DNA of 64,000 bases, from the NCBI GenBank assembly GCA_977030845.1, contig OZ365115.1, positions 8,060,001 to 8,124,000 on the forward strand. Direction: 5' to 3'. Below, in pieces: positions 1 through 11,823 of the stretch. Source of the DNA: Fimbriosthenelais zetlandica. Its lineage: Eukaryota. The position numbers and the translations under genes were made by a program. The notes under the pieces were generated by a model. That model did no database searches. It saw only the letters and a list, made by a program, of their open reading frames with translations, and was not told the DNA's origin. Each line of letters opens with the position of its first letter. Positions within the stretch are counted from its first letter, which is position 1.

Positions 1-212
1 CTGGCACTTGGCAGTAGGCCTACTGCCACTGAATACTGCCTCTGCCATAGTAGTTAGTACTAGGTCTAGGCTAACTCGATCAGTCTGGTATATAATTTAT
101 ACATTAGATCTATGCATTGAGTTGTGACTTGCTAGTCTAGTACTAGTAGACTATAGTAGTACCACCCATAAATATTAAATTAGGCTTAAATCAAGACTAT
201 TTTTATTTACAG

Positions 213-358
213 CCGAAAAGAAAACTAAAGCTGTGTTTGGCACAACTTTAGATCGGGAACTCTTCCCAACTAAAGTACCACCAACCCGCTTTGGTAATCA
301 GCTGACACCACTTCGTGGAGCCCCAAACAGAGGCCCAGGGTGTTACAATAATGAAGAG
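213..358 (+). CDS. PIFO: PIFO-like coding exon (EKKTKAVFGTTLDRELFPTKVPPTRFGNQLTPLRGAPNRGPGCYNNEE)
   Basis: Acceptor ttatttacag| and donor |gtgagc. Two nt complete an upstream codon, then 48 open codons. Confidence 0.88.
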
Positions 359-615
359 GTGAGCAGGAAATATGTGATGAATCATAATCAAAGTCATACT
401 TTATAATAAACTAAATTTCGAGTGAAGTAGACATTGATAGGAAATAGAAATGAATTTCAATGTTACTAATAATTGCATGTATATGATTACGTTCAAGATT
501 CTCTTTTTGGGGGGTGGCGGGCACTAAAAAAAAGATTAGTTCACTGACACTGTAACGTGTTGTATGGTGTCACTGTGGCTCTTTACTAATTAATGTTTGT
601 ATATTCCATCAACAG

Positions 616-714
616 GCCAGCAATTTTGTGTACCTGGTAAAGAACAAGATAACAAGTGAAAAGGGTTACTCACTTGGCGCCCGAACAGCTCACAGATTTC
701 CTGCAGACCCTGGT
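616..714 (+). CDS. PIFO: PIFO-like coding exon (ASNFVYLVKNKITSEKGYSLGARTAHRFPADPG)
   Basis: Acceptor ccatcaacag| and donor |gtaagt; 99 nt, phase 0/0; KGYSLGART motif. Confidence 0.88.
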
Positions 715-2003
715 GTAAGTAAATGACAAATTTTCACAATTTGTTAACAAATATTTAGATAAGATAGATTAGATCGCTTAGATGGGTCCTATTGTAAATA
801 GTACTCTTCCCATTGCATCCAATTTAAGGCATAAGACCATTACTTTTGGCCCATATATTATAGTATACAGATTATAGTATAGATGTATTGTAATACAATT
901 TAAATATGATAAACTACCAATGAATTAACCCTTTAAAATTGAGTCCTATATTCCTGTTTTTCTGCATTTAATTTTCTATCCTAATGACCCTCCAAAAAAC
1001 AGGAGAAGAGCCGATTTGTATACGACCTGAGTAAAGTAAGTCGAGCGGGGTCGGCGTTGTTACACCCACTGCTTGTGAATGGATATAGTTTCCTGTTTCC
1101 ATGTTCGACTGTTTTGTACTATTCTTTCTTGTGTTCATGTTTTGTTTTTTTGTCGGAATGGTTCCACGGGGCTAGTAATAAGATCTGGTAAGGACTTGTA
1201 TTCATTAAACAAAGTTATCGACGGATTATTGGACCACAATTAATATCCACTCAATGAAATATTGTCATCTTCATTGACAATTTGTTGAGAGTTGGATGGA
1301 GTCTAGCCCCGTCGTTTATTATTTTACCAACTTTTAATTAAGTTGTCATTTGTAGTTATTATTAAAGTTCATCAATGATCATATAATTGTGTCCCGTGCG
1401 TTATCTCTTCATTTTATTAAAAGATCGGTACCCTCTTACCTATAATTGTATGTGACTCAGACTACATTTAATTTTAACATCAAATATTTTCACCGTATTC
1501 TGTCAATTAACTTATGTAAATGTAATCCAATCATGTATACAAATTCATACACCTGGGATGTGGGTAACTACCGCTGGCTTTCATGCCCGGGTATGCATGT
1601 TGTGTAGCGTAAGTCTTTTATGAGTTGCATTTAACACATTCAAGTGGAAAGGGACTAGCATGTAAAGCATGTTTGTTTCATGTTGGTGTGATTCTGTGCC
1701 TTACGGTTAAGGATTGTTTTATCATTTTGTATCATTGCTCTGTATTTTCTCTGCCTTCAGGGCTTTGATTTTTTTTTAATGAATCGTTGTCAAAGCAGGC
1801 TATGTTTATATTAGAACTTCCCAGCATTAAACATTCACCTTTTACAGAAATTATATTTGATAATTGATTCCAAAATAAAAGAATCCTACTAGTTAATAGA
1901 AAATAGTTCTGTCTTAAAATATTTTTTTAATGAACCCCGAACTTACTATAACATGTTCTTGTCCCTAAAATCATAATTTATGCATTTCAAATATTTCTTC
2001 CAG

Positions 2004-2140
2004 TTCAAGACCCCCGCCCCACCAACTTATCAGACCAAGTGCACAGAGCCAATCACATTTGACCCAGCATACAAACCCTTCAGTGCAGCAGCCCAGCGAT
2101 TCCCCATCTACCGCAGAGATGTGGATGAAATAACACCAGG
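2004..2140 (+). CDS. PIFO: PIFO-like coding exon (FKTPAPPTYQTKCTEPITFDPAYKPFSAAAQRFPIYRRDVDEITP-G)
   Basis: Acceptor tttcttccag| and donor |gtgagc; 137 nt, ends in phase 2. Confidence 0.87.
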
Positions 2141-2235
2141 GTGAGCTCCCAGTTCTGATTAATAACCCAAGAAAAAAAAGAAATTCTCTTAATATTTTGT
2201 ACAGTTTAATGAGATGTTCTCATTTCTTTTCGTAG

Positions 2236-2362
2236 ACCAGGGACATATGATCACAGCATTGACACGGATAGGAAGGTAACCTGGCATCAGTCATTTGGGG
2301 GAACACCAATCAACTTACCATCTGTCAGTCAACATAGCACCATAGGCAAAAACACAGAAAAG
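2236..2362 (+). CDS. PIFO: PIFO-like coding exon (PGTYDHSIDTDRKVTWHQSFGGTPINLPSVSQHSTIGKNTEK)
   Basis: Acceptor ttttcgtag| and donor |gtaggc. It completes the TPGPGTY repeat across the junction. Confidence 0.87.
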
Positions 2363-3199
2363 GTAGGCTGAGAACTGAGTTATATTCTATATGCTCTAAT
2401 ACTTTAATGGGTACATATGAATTGAAATGATATTTTTAAAATTCTCTAAGAGTAAGAGGTTTTCAAAAGGAACAAATTTTGCAAAGTTAATTACATGAAA
2501 GATATTTTCCCATAATTAAATAAATGAGCAGTACTAAATGTTACAAAATTATATCCTGGAAACAAAGGATCCACTAGAGGTATTGGCAGGTCCTAAACCA
2601 GGATCTATGGTAAGAACAGAACGCAAGGAGTCATAATTATATTGTATGTCACTGCATGTTCACAGGCGGCAAAACCAACGAGACACTATATCCATCTACC
2701 CCATGGAATAATAAATTGTATATCGTCCATGTTTGTTGCTCTTTTGTCTTGCTAATTATATACATTTAATACTGTCAATTGTGCATGTTACAACTGCATG
2801 ATGCAAAATTGTCTTGTCTCACGAGGAGCACAAATTACTGGTAAATTAGTTTAATAAGATGTTACAGCAGATGCATTGCATGCCACTGACAGGACATTTT
2901 AAAAGTGACAGTAAAATGTCAGATAAGGAAATAATTTCAACAAAATCCCTACGCTTTGAGAGACTTATTTTTTCCACTATAAGTTATATAAGGAGTTTTA
3001 ATTTATAGATTTCCATGGGAGATGCTAACTAAATCGCTCATCCTTTCAAATAGTGTCAATCTATCTTCACTTTGCTAAACTAAAAGTGCATTTTATATAC
3101 TAACATTCCCTCTTCTGGAAATTCCATGTCTGAACTACAGACATATCAATGTCTATGGCCTGAAGTTTGTTTAATTCGTTTTCCCTTTATCTTTTCTAG

Positions 3200-3268
3200 T
3201 TGATCAGCACGAAGGACGAAAAGAAATTCCACCGGAAACTGGCCTACCTAAAACTCTACTATGAGTGA
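3200..3268 (+). CDS. PIFO: PIFO-like last coding exon (LISTKDEKKFHRKLAYLKLYYE*)
   Basis: Acceptor cttttctag|; TGA at 3266-3268; the C-terminus resembles the PIFO ...RVAYLSLYY end. Confidence 0.88.
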   Translation: MISTKDEKKFHRKLAYLKLYYE

Positions 3269-3656
3269 TCACTGAATTCTAGATAAACCTAAATGACATT
3301 CGGATTTACTCTTTTAATACGTGAAACGTGTGTATTTTAACTGTGATATTTTGTATAGGATTTAATGTATTTATTATAATAGTAATTCACATGCGTAATT
3401 TCTCAGTAGCCTATTTATACACGTTCACATAAGATGGAACATGTGAGATATTTACAAACTCATTGCACAGCGTTTCTTTTTAAAAATGTCATACTATGAG
3501 AGACACTGAGAAAAGTTTTAATTTTAATTTCTTGTATGGATTCTATAGGGCCCCTTTATTGGACGGTATTTTATGCAAGTTTATTAGCTATTACAACGGA
3601 AATGGGAATGCATTTTCTGCTGGACTCAAATATTATGTATTAATTATGAAGGAAAA

Positions 3657-3662
3657 AATAAA
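3657..3662 (+). terminator. Candidate polyadenylation signal of the PIFO-like gene
   Basis: AATAAA about 390 nt after the stop codon, at the end of an AT-rich 3' stretch. Confidence 0.45.
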
Positions 3663-3924
3663 GTATATAGCTGTCTGAAAATTCTGAACGACGCTGTATT
3701 GACTTATCGTTAAGCGTTAGTTCCCATTTTTATCCGGTGGTCGGGAAGTCCCGTCGACCATATCTCTACACATCTATGGATAATGAAAGAGTGTTGTTGT
3801 GCTGCTACCTTGTGCGTCGCGTGTGAACTGAGCTCCGCCGCGCCTTTACTTCAGCTGGAAACCACCAGGTGGCAGCCCTGTTTCTAGTCGCCACCATCAG
3901 CTGAGTGCCCAGGCCAAGCCGGTA

Positions 3925-4905
3925 AATGCGGGCGTCGCTAGGAATTTTCAGACGGCGTTTGTATATCTAGGAAATAACCTAACTCAGCCAAAATTGAAAT
4001 CAGTGAGTAGATTTACATGGAGAATCTATCACATTCAAAACAACAGAGCTGTCAGTGTAAGCAGTGTTATTGTGGCGATAATAGGGGATTTGGCCGATGA
4101 GTTTGAACGAGCACATGATTAAACTGGACCGTCCAGTGGCGCCCTCGCCACCTAGACGGCAAACGAAGGAACTAAGATAGGCTAAGAACATTCTGCCCCA
4201 TGCCACTACCCCACCACCGGCAAAAGGGGGAACTAATGCTCAATGCTAAGTTAATGGGGCATCGCTAGGTATTTTCAGACGGTGTTTGTAGATCTAGGAA
4301 AGAACCTAAATCAGCCAAAATTGAAATCGGAGGGTAGATTTACATGGAAAACATTTACATCCAAAACAACAGACCTACGCTGTCTGTACGCCTGTAAGCA
4401 GTGTTGTTGTGGCGATAATAGGGGATTTGGCCGATGAGTCGGAACGAGCATGATTAAACTGGACCGTCCAGTGGCGCCCTCGCCACCTACACGGCAAACG
4501 AAGGAACTAAGACAGGCTAAGAACTTTCTGCCCCATGCCACTACCCCACCCCCGGCAAAAGCGGGAACTAATACTCAATGATAAGTCAGAGAACTGGCTT
4601 TAGAAGTGAATGGGGCATCGCTAGGTATTTTCGGACGGCGTTTGTAGATCTAGGAAAGCTCCTAAATGGGCCAAAATTGAAATCAGTGGGTAGATTTGCA
4701 TGGATAATTTGTCACATCCAATACAACAGAGCTACGCTGTCTGTAAACGGTCAGATAATGGAAGCAGTACGGGTAGCCTATGTGTTGTTGTGAGCGATAA
4801 TAGGGGATTTGGCCGATGGGTCGGAACAAAGTTGACCCTCGCTACCTATACGGTTACCCTTGCCTATAAACGAAGAATTAAGATAAGGTGACTTTCTGGC
4901 CCATG
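3925..4905. repeat. Tandem array of about 3 diverged 330-355 bp units, within a CpG-richer block (about 3690-5040)
   Basis: Units start at 3925, 4253 and 4609 (aatg.gggc.tcgctagg.attttc.gacgg.gtttgta.atctagga...). Internal blocks such as gataataggggatttggccgatg recur in all three. The third unit diverges after about 4830. Confidence 0.9.
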
Positions 4906-7370
4906 TCATGTGACGTCCCCTGAACCAAATTTCGCAGTGAACCAAATTTCGCACGCAGCTTTCGACGAGGGACCGTAAGGCAGCGCCAACCAACCAAACG
5001 GCCGGGTGGTGAACTTAGGTTGACCGAACCCTTTACTCTATCCTTTTATGAAGGATTTAATTTAACAATTTCTTAATTTATTATAGGAAAATTCAGTTTC
5101 AAATTCAGTACACCATTGCAGTGCAAAACAAAGAGTACAATAGGCTAATTTCCTTTTCTCAAGTAAAGTAATTTTTTATTCCTGTACCAGCTAGACACTA
5201 ACACCATAGAAAATAGTACACAATCAGGTAGTAGTAGCCATATTTATATTCTTATGTATAGAAAGACCAATCTCATACAGGTATAAATATACAAAATATT
5301 TATACACAACTCCATACTGCCTGCTTGCTTTGTCTTTCAGGTGTTGACCTCGAATTTAAAAACATTACCGTGGGTAGGCCTACTGTATTGTTATAAGACT
5401 AAACCTTCATATTTTTTATTATGTCCCAAATAGAAGTTATTCTCCACTAAACAAAAATATAGAATTTCCCCTAAATCCATTTTTATCTTGAGGACATTCT
5501 ATTGTTTTGTTAGGAAATTAAAGGTGACTTTAAAGGTTAGAAATAAATCTTGATAATATAATAAAATAAGATAGATATGAGATACTTGCGTGTCATCTTA
5601 CATTGTGGGTGACACGGATGTGCTTTAACAGATCAATGCCATGTCTTGGAAATTAAAATAGAGCACTGAAGCAAAATCCCCACTTCTGATTTGAAATTAT
5701 ATAGATAGGGACAAATAAACTTAGATTTTGCTTTTTTGGGTACTTTTTATAAACATGAAATCGTTACTAAAACCTGAAGCCAAATTTGATTATGCCAGTA
5801 AACGCATTGTCGGAAGAATTCATAGAAAGATAAGAATGGTCTCCTTAGATTTCAGTAAACGACTTACAAAAATTCTACGCCACTTGCTTGACAAACACTT
5901 ATCATATTCAAAGCCATTTTGGAGTATTTACAATGCTTCGGAAAAATTCCATACTTTTCATTGTCCAAAATTCCCTCTTTGTCAGGTTAGTATTAGAATT
6001 TATCCTCTTAAAAAGTTCTGTCATAGCATTTAACAAAGTAATGTATCAAACTTATCCCAGCAGTCAGATAATCCCTTAAAAATGTGTATATGGGGCTCTC
6101 ATTATAAAATGTTATTTCCCATGAATATCTATAGTTTCAATGCCAATGGCTGAGGGAAGCATAACATCCGAATATATCCTTCGGGACTCCATTTTAGGTC
6201 ATGGCCATTTTGTTAAGGTCCATTTAAATAGAGATACTAAGAGAAATTAAAGGGGTTATCCAAATATTTTAAAGAAAACATCGTATCACCACTGGGACCA
6301 TAATTATTATGCCAGATTTGGAAGTTTGTGAAAATGGGACCTCTTATAACGTGTATTTTCTATTTGATTCTCGGGCAAGCAAACACTCAGGGCAGGTCCT
6401 TTTAAAACTCCTAAACTTGCAATATCTTGCCTTTGAGAAGATATTAATTTTTTGAGCATGTGTGTCTGCCTTTTGAAACTCGATACCCTATATTATTAAT
6501 AGTTACTCTACTCAACATAAATATAGTATACATCATACATATACCTCTAATTAGCGGCCTTCTATGTGCATAATCTTTTTATTTGAAAAACATTAATAAT
6601 CTTCTCCTTTGTTATCAGAAAAAAATATTATAATTATTTAAATCCAAAGGAAATGAGGTACAAGTCACATGATCCCTCGGTCCTCTCATAAAAACATTAC
6701 TAGTCCATCTACTGTTGAAACCTTTTTCCACAACATGCTTTGGAATGGTAAATTTCATTTAACACAAATGAACCTTTCTTGAGAAAACTATAAATACCTG
6801 TTAGTTCTATTATGAAACTTGGTTACAAACATAATAATGGTTATATATTGATCTTATTCATCTTTTTCAGAGTAGATATCTCATACCAAATATACAGACA
6901 ACATACTAGTGAGTCACTGGTGCAATTTCTAGCGGACATGATCGTGTGCATAAATGCTTTCTTCCCAAGGAAAGTTGGTGTCCATATACAGCCCACTCAT
7001 ACCTCACATTTATGCTACAACTTTCTTTGTAACTATATCTACTGTGTAACAAGACAGTATGGACTAAATCAAGCCAGATAGATTGTTATTTCATATGCTT
7101 ACCCCTTTCATCTAATTCACAATGAATTTAATTCATAATCACTTACTTTCTCTAAGTGTCTCCCAGAGTGTGGTGATATAATATACTGAATATATGACGT
7201 AACATCACGTGAACATGGTAAAGCTTCAAATCACCATGGACAACTAGTAACATCTATATGAATGATAAGCTTTTCCACAAGACAATCAACTTATTAACTT
7301 TAGCATGTTCACCCATAACATCTGCTCTAATCCTATCATTTCTGATAAACCATTGCAAAAAGACTATTGG

Positions 7371-7414
7371 CATCCATTTATTCATTCATTCATTCATCCA
7401 TTCATTCATTCATC
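7371..7414. repeat. (ATTC)n microsatellite
   Basis: Run of attc/atcc tetramers. Confidence 0.9.
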
Positions 7415-8767
7415 TCAGATACAAAATATCCGAGATCATACTTTGATCCTTCCATCTCTAATGTTTCTACCACAGAAAAAACTACTTTCACTCATTCATT
7501 TCTAATAAACCATTGCAGACAAAGCCTACTGTAATTTTTCAGTTGGTAAAACCTTGTTTGCGAAACTCCTTTGGCATTCACAATACAAAGACGCATGTAT
7601 AATGACCCGTTTCCATAGACGAAAAACTAGTTCACATCGAGCATAAGAAATATCAGTGATGCAAGTTGCAAGAAACTACTCTTCTGAGTCCTAAGTTAAA
7701 TTCAATGTGAGAGGCCAACAAAGCCCAAAGTTCACATTGTTCAGATCTAATTGGAGATTCTAAATTGTATTGTTCGTATAGCCAGTGTGAAATAGGCTAA
7801 AATAGTTCATAATTATTTGTGCAATAAGTGGCTTCTATATTGTGACTACATTTGGCATTTTGGAGACATTTAGTTTCTAGCTTGTAAATGACTCTAAAAC
7901 TTTTGGCAGTATACATTTACATAGTTTAAAACATCAAGGGCCCACACAACATGTTGTGACCTATGTAAAAATATCAGCAATGGAGTAAAAAATAAAATAA
8001 CCACCTTCCTTTTCCCTTTTCCAGAAAGAGAAGGAGAGAATGATCATGTACTTAAACATACATGACATGTGGCATGACGAAAAGTACACCCTCATTTCAC
8101 ATCAACTATTCTAGCGTCTAAAAACAAAATGACTTCAAGATTGGAAGCTGTGAATTCTATGTAAAGTACGGACTTGTGCAATACTTTCTTGCAGTAACAT
8201 TTTCTCAGAGACTCTTCAATGATCACCGTAAAAATAACAGTCAACTTTTTACCATGTAGCAAACCATAGGACCCTAACGATACACTTAGCAGTGTAATTT
8301 TTCACATTTGACATACAAGAGACAGGAACATGGAAATGTTCACAATCAATATAATATAGATTATATCCTAACATACACCTTATAAATGTAGATTATCATA
8401 TATTATATTATATAATACAGTTACTAAATCCTAAACCATTCTGAGTATAGTAGTTAAACCATACCAGTGTTCAGAGTAGACATCACACCCTCACCTTAAT
8501 TTCATCCTATTTAAGTTAAAATCTTTTCTCTTGAATATTTTTTAAAAATTCAACTATTTATGATCATCTCAATTTGATTTTATGCTGATATTTACATCAT
8601 TTTCTGTAGAAATTTCTAAGATTCCATCCCTCATAATATGCAGTCAATGGACTAAATTCAATGATTCTTTTTTTAAATTGGGCCTATTTAAAAATGGAAG
8701 TTGCATCTCCGTTCAAACCATAAAGATTGCATTGAAAACTTCAGACACTACTCAACCACGACTCAGA

Positions 8768-8816
8768 CAATCAATCAATGAATCAACCAACCAATCAATT
8801 ACACAATCAATCAATG
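8768..8816. repeat. Imperfect (CAAT)n microsatellite
   Basis: caatcaatcaatgaatcaaccaaccaatcaat... Confidence 0.85.
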
Positions 8817-9577
8817 AAAATAACTCAAAATTATGTCTGTGTAATTTAGAATATTACCAATAGGGGCCTCCCGTCTCACGGTGAAGGCTATAGTGCCCCC
8901 TGTCGCCGGTCACCAACAACATTTTTTTTTTAGTTTTGTCCTCACCCGATGTTAGAAAGGATTTGTCTACTAGAAGAAATCTCCTATATTCTATAATGAT
9001 TGTTGAATAAGGTGGGATTCTGACACGGAAATAAACCACTGACATTATCATACCCACAAATCCAGCACCAAACCACTACAGAACTTCTCCAAGGGGGAAA
9101 AAGAGAATAAAGTTTCAATCATCAAATCTGGGATTGGGTTTCGATTGGGGAAAACCCTTTGGTCAATATCAACTTCAATGTACCACCAACGCTTGCTTCT
9201 TGTTCGTCTTGAGGCATACTTATTATTATTCCTAAAGAGATCATAACCTCCATGTTTAAGATGGAGTTGGGTCCTACCCTTCTTAGAAAATGTATATTTC
9301 TAGGGCGAAAAAACGTGACCCTACATTTAAATGCTTCTTAGCTTCTTAACTCTGGCGTATACTTAATATATCATCTTAAAATATCAAATTATGTTTCCAT
9401 GCAAAAGCTTAATTCTACATATATCATTTGAACTATAAATGATCATATGGTCTATTTCCATTGCCTCGATGCATTTATAAATCAAATTAATATGAATAAT
9501 GGCCCTACCACCTTCATTTTGTGAGTCCATCCAGACTGGGAAAAACAGCACTGGAAGATAAAAGGGTTGTCTTCAAT

Positions 9578-9696
9578 AAGTCTATGGGATTAACCGAAAA
9601 TGCTCCGATACTTTTACACTAATAGACCAAAAGCAATACAACATTTGCAGCCTTCAATATGGACTTATCAAATGCCTCAATTAAACCCATAGACTT
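9578..9696. mobile_element. Short inverted-repeat pair, probable MITE remnant
   Basis: aagtctatgggattaa (9578-9593) and ttaaacccatagactt (9681-9696) are reverse complements with 1 mismatch. No outer TIR or TSD found. Confidence 0.4.
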
Positions 9697-10397
9697 GCTC
9701 CGGGCCTTTTCATAATACCACAAGCACTAATCTAGCATTTTACATGGGAACAATATTTTACCAAGATTATGTATACACTTCATTCTCACTATCATTCCCT
9801 TGGATAATATGTTCATTGTTTTTTTCTTGATTTCTCTACCTCTCTTCCTCCTGAAGTTACAGGTCAACAAATGACCAGTCATGTGGTCATTTTAACTCAG
9901 TCGCCAGTTTTGGGGAGATTTCTTCCCATAAGTATTCAGTACTGCTATGCCTCTCACATCTGTGTATGGTAATCCTGTTCACAATACAATACTCGTACAT
10001 TCGTTTTGTGTTTTTTTTGTCTATAGGATAAAACTTATTTTCCTAAATTCACAAATCCAGGTGACCTCTGTATAAATATTATAACGTTGGTACACTGGAA
10101 AAATATTGAGGTTTTTCTGATCTCACAAAGAGAAAAAAAGTCAGCACAACAGCCGCCAATAAAGAATATCGGGGAATAAAACTTTCTTTGAACAACTATG
10201 GATATGTTCATCTAACTCTATAGCTGCATAAGAGCTTTAGTACGATGTTATATGTCGATACCCATGTACGCACTCATACATTACTGTCAATAAGCCAGCT
10301 AGACTGGTAACAATTATATGTAGGTATGCTGGGAAAGAAGGCCGTGTTTAGAAAGGCTTAAAGCTAGATCTGTGTGGATAGAACTGTCCATTTACAT

Positions 10398-10770
10398 TGA
10401 GTATTGTCCTACCATACTGTGTACAGAGTATTGTCATGTATTGCATTTTCATATTGTCCTGTCATTCAGCGTACAGACTATTGTTCTGTCACACTACATT
10501 CAGACTACTGTCCTGTTACACTGCGTACAGCGCACAGTCCTGTCATAATACTTTCAGACTATCGTCAAGAATTACTGTGTATAGAGTATTTTCCTGTATT
10601 GTACTTTCATACTGTGTACAGAGTATTTTCATGTATTGTACTGTCATACTGTGTACAGAGTATTTTCCTGTATTGTACTGTCATACTGTGTACAGAGTAT
10701 TTTCCTGTATTGTACATGTAGTGTGTACAGAATATTGTCATGTGGCAGCATTACTGTGGTACACATACTG
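10398..10770. repeat. Minisatellite (diverged ~27-bp units, then ~4 near-identical 37-bp units), probably in the tetraspanin 3' UTR
   Basis: The unit tactgtgtacagagtattttcctgtattgtactgtca starts at 10573, 10610, 10647 and 10684. It explains the repetitive ORFs 10397..10771 and 10404..10721. Confidence 0.92.
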
Positions 10771-10905
10771 AAGGAGAGTTTAGTGGCATTTAGCAGCACC
10801 TTCCTCACGGGCTTGTGACAAACTTGTTATTTTAGTTTGGTTGGTGGTCAGTAGGGTTCAGCACTCGTCCTCCACCATCTCGCCCTCGCTGGCGGGGGCG
10901 TACCG

Positions 10906-10971
10906 CTAGTCGTAATACTTATCATTACGCAGACAACAGAAGAGAGCCATGGCTGCTGTCATACCCAAAAC
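10906..10971 (-). CDS. TSPAN9: Tetraspanin last coding exon (VLGMTAAMALFCCLRNDKYYD*)
   Basis: Acceptor cttgtctag|; TAG at 10908-10906; juxtamembrane CC. Confidence 0.92.
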   Translation of the reverse strand, partial: VLGMTAAMALFCCLRNDKYYD

Positions 10972-11173
10972 CTAGACAAGAAACACAATAATATAATCAG
11001 TTTACACGACAGTTAGGAGACATACAAGTCATCAACATGAAAATTGTCATAACCAAAAATTTGGTTTTAATTCGGACTAATTCATTTTAAATCATAATAC
11101 ATTATACATTAGGCTATGGCCTATACATGTACGAGAACATATAAATTAGAGCAACCAAGATGTCAAAACTAAC

Positions 11174-11257
11174 CTGTAAAACTCCAATTGTGATACCAAC
11201 TACTCCAACAATATAGAGGTGTTGTTTAAAGGTGTACTTTAACTCATTAAAGCAACT
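11174..11257 (-). CDS. TSPAN9: Tetraspanin coding exon 6 (SCFNELKYTFKQHLYIVGVVGITIGVLQ)
   Basis: Acceptor ttcttttacag| and donor |gttagt; 84 nt; last loop Cys and the start of TM4. Confidence 0.92.
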
Positions 11258-11442
11258 CTGTAAAAGAAAGATTTGTTTCCAAAAATGAAATTATTCATCA
11301 ACAATCGTATCTGTGATATGTGAAATCCAATAATTTGAGTTTCAATTCCACTTTTGAGTATTTCTAGAAGAAATTTGAGCAACCTTCATGTGATAACTTT
11401 CTTCTATGTTATATGAAGGGTAGGTAAGAAATGGATACTCAC

Positions 11443-11586
11443 CCTTGCATACCATTTATGCGGATCTTTCTGTCGGCCGCAGCGGTCCGTGGGGAACTGA
11501 CAACAAGAGTCCGGTACCCATTTTTCCCCCGGCCACGCTTTTATATCATACCAGTCCGTATAGTTCATCACTCCACAGCATTGTAA
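11443..11586 (-). CDS. TSPAN9: Tetraspanin coding exon 5 (LQCCGVMNYTDWYDIKAWPGEKWVPDSCCQFPTDRCGRQKDPHKWYAR)
   Basis: Acceptor tattatag| and donor |gtgagt; 144 nt; CCG and PDSCC motifs. Confidence 0.95.
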
Positions 11587-11823
11587 CTATAATATATACC
11601 ACAGATTATGATTATCACAAATACCTCAACTATTATCTATATCATCATGTTTCCTTGACTAAATACATTTAGGACTATGATACTTTAGTATCTTCAATGC
11701 TTCTACTATAGAAGGCTAAGATTTTGATGGAGTAAGATTAAATCATACCATTTATTTATTAATTCATATCTATAAATTTATAATTAATTTAGATTGACAT
11801 GACATTTCCGCGAAATTTAGTAC

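Larger units (their letters stand above)
213..3268 (+). other. PIFO: Gene span (5'-incomplete): pitchfork / ciliary microtubule-associated protein 3-like; CDS join(213..358,616..714,2004..2140,2236..2362,3200..3268)
   Basis: Five GT-AG exons join in frame (intron phases 0,0,2,0) to give about 191 aa. It carries motifs I recognise from vertebrate PIFO (FGT..DRELFP, PLRGAPNRGPGCY, KGYSLGARTA.RF, C-terminal RKLAYLKLYY*) and three SHIPPO-like PGP/PAP-x-x-Y repeats. The first visible exon starts mid-codon, so the ATG is in an upstream exon that I could not identify. Confidence 0.88.

Noticed and set aside
9-28. 20-bp palindrome tggcagtaggcctactgcca
   Set aside because: Built on the gtaggcctac core that recurs at about 5374 and 16187; probably simple-sequence background.
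10398-10770. 37-bp repeats as a CRISPR array or repeat protein
   Set aside because: The units are head-to-tail with no unique spacers, the context is eukaryotic, and the ORFs are by-products of the repeat.
10861-10908. The TAG acting as an alternative 3' splice site, joining exon 6 in frame to RYAPASEGEMVEDEC
   Set aside because: There is no pyrimidine tract upstream (ctgcgtaatgataagtattacgactag) and it would delete half of TM4. It is not formally excluded, so junction reads should be checked when testing readthrough.
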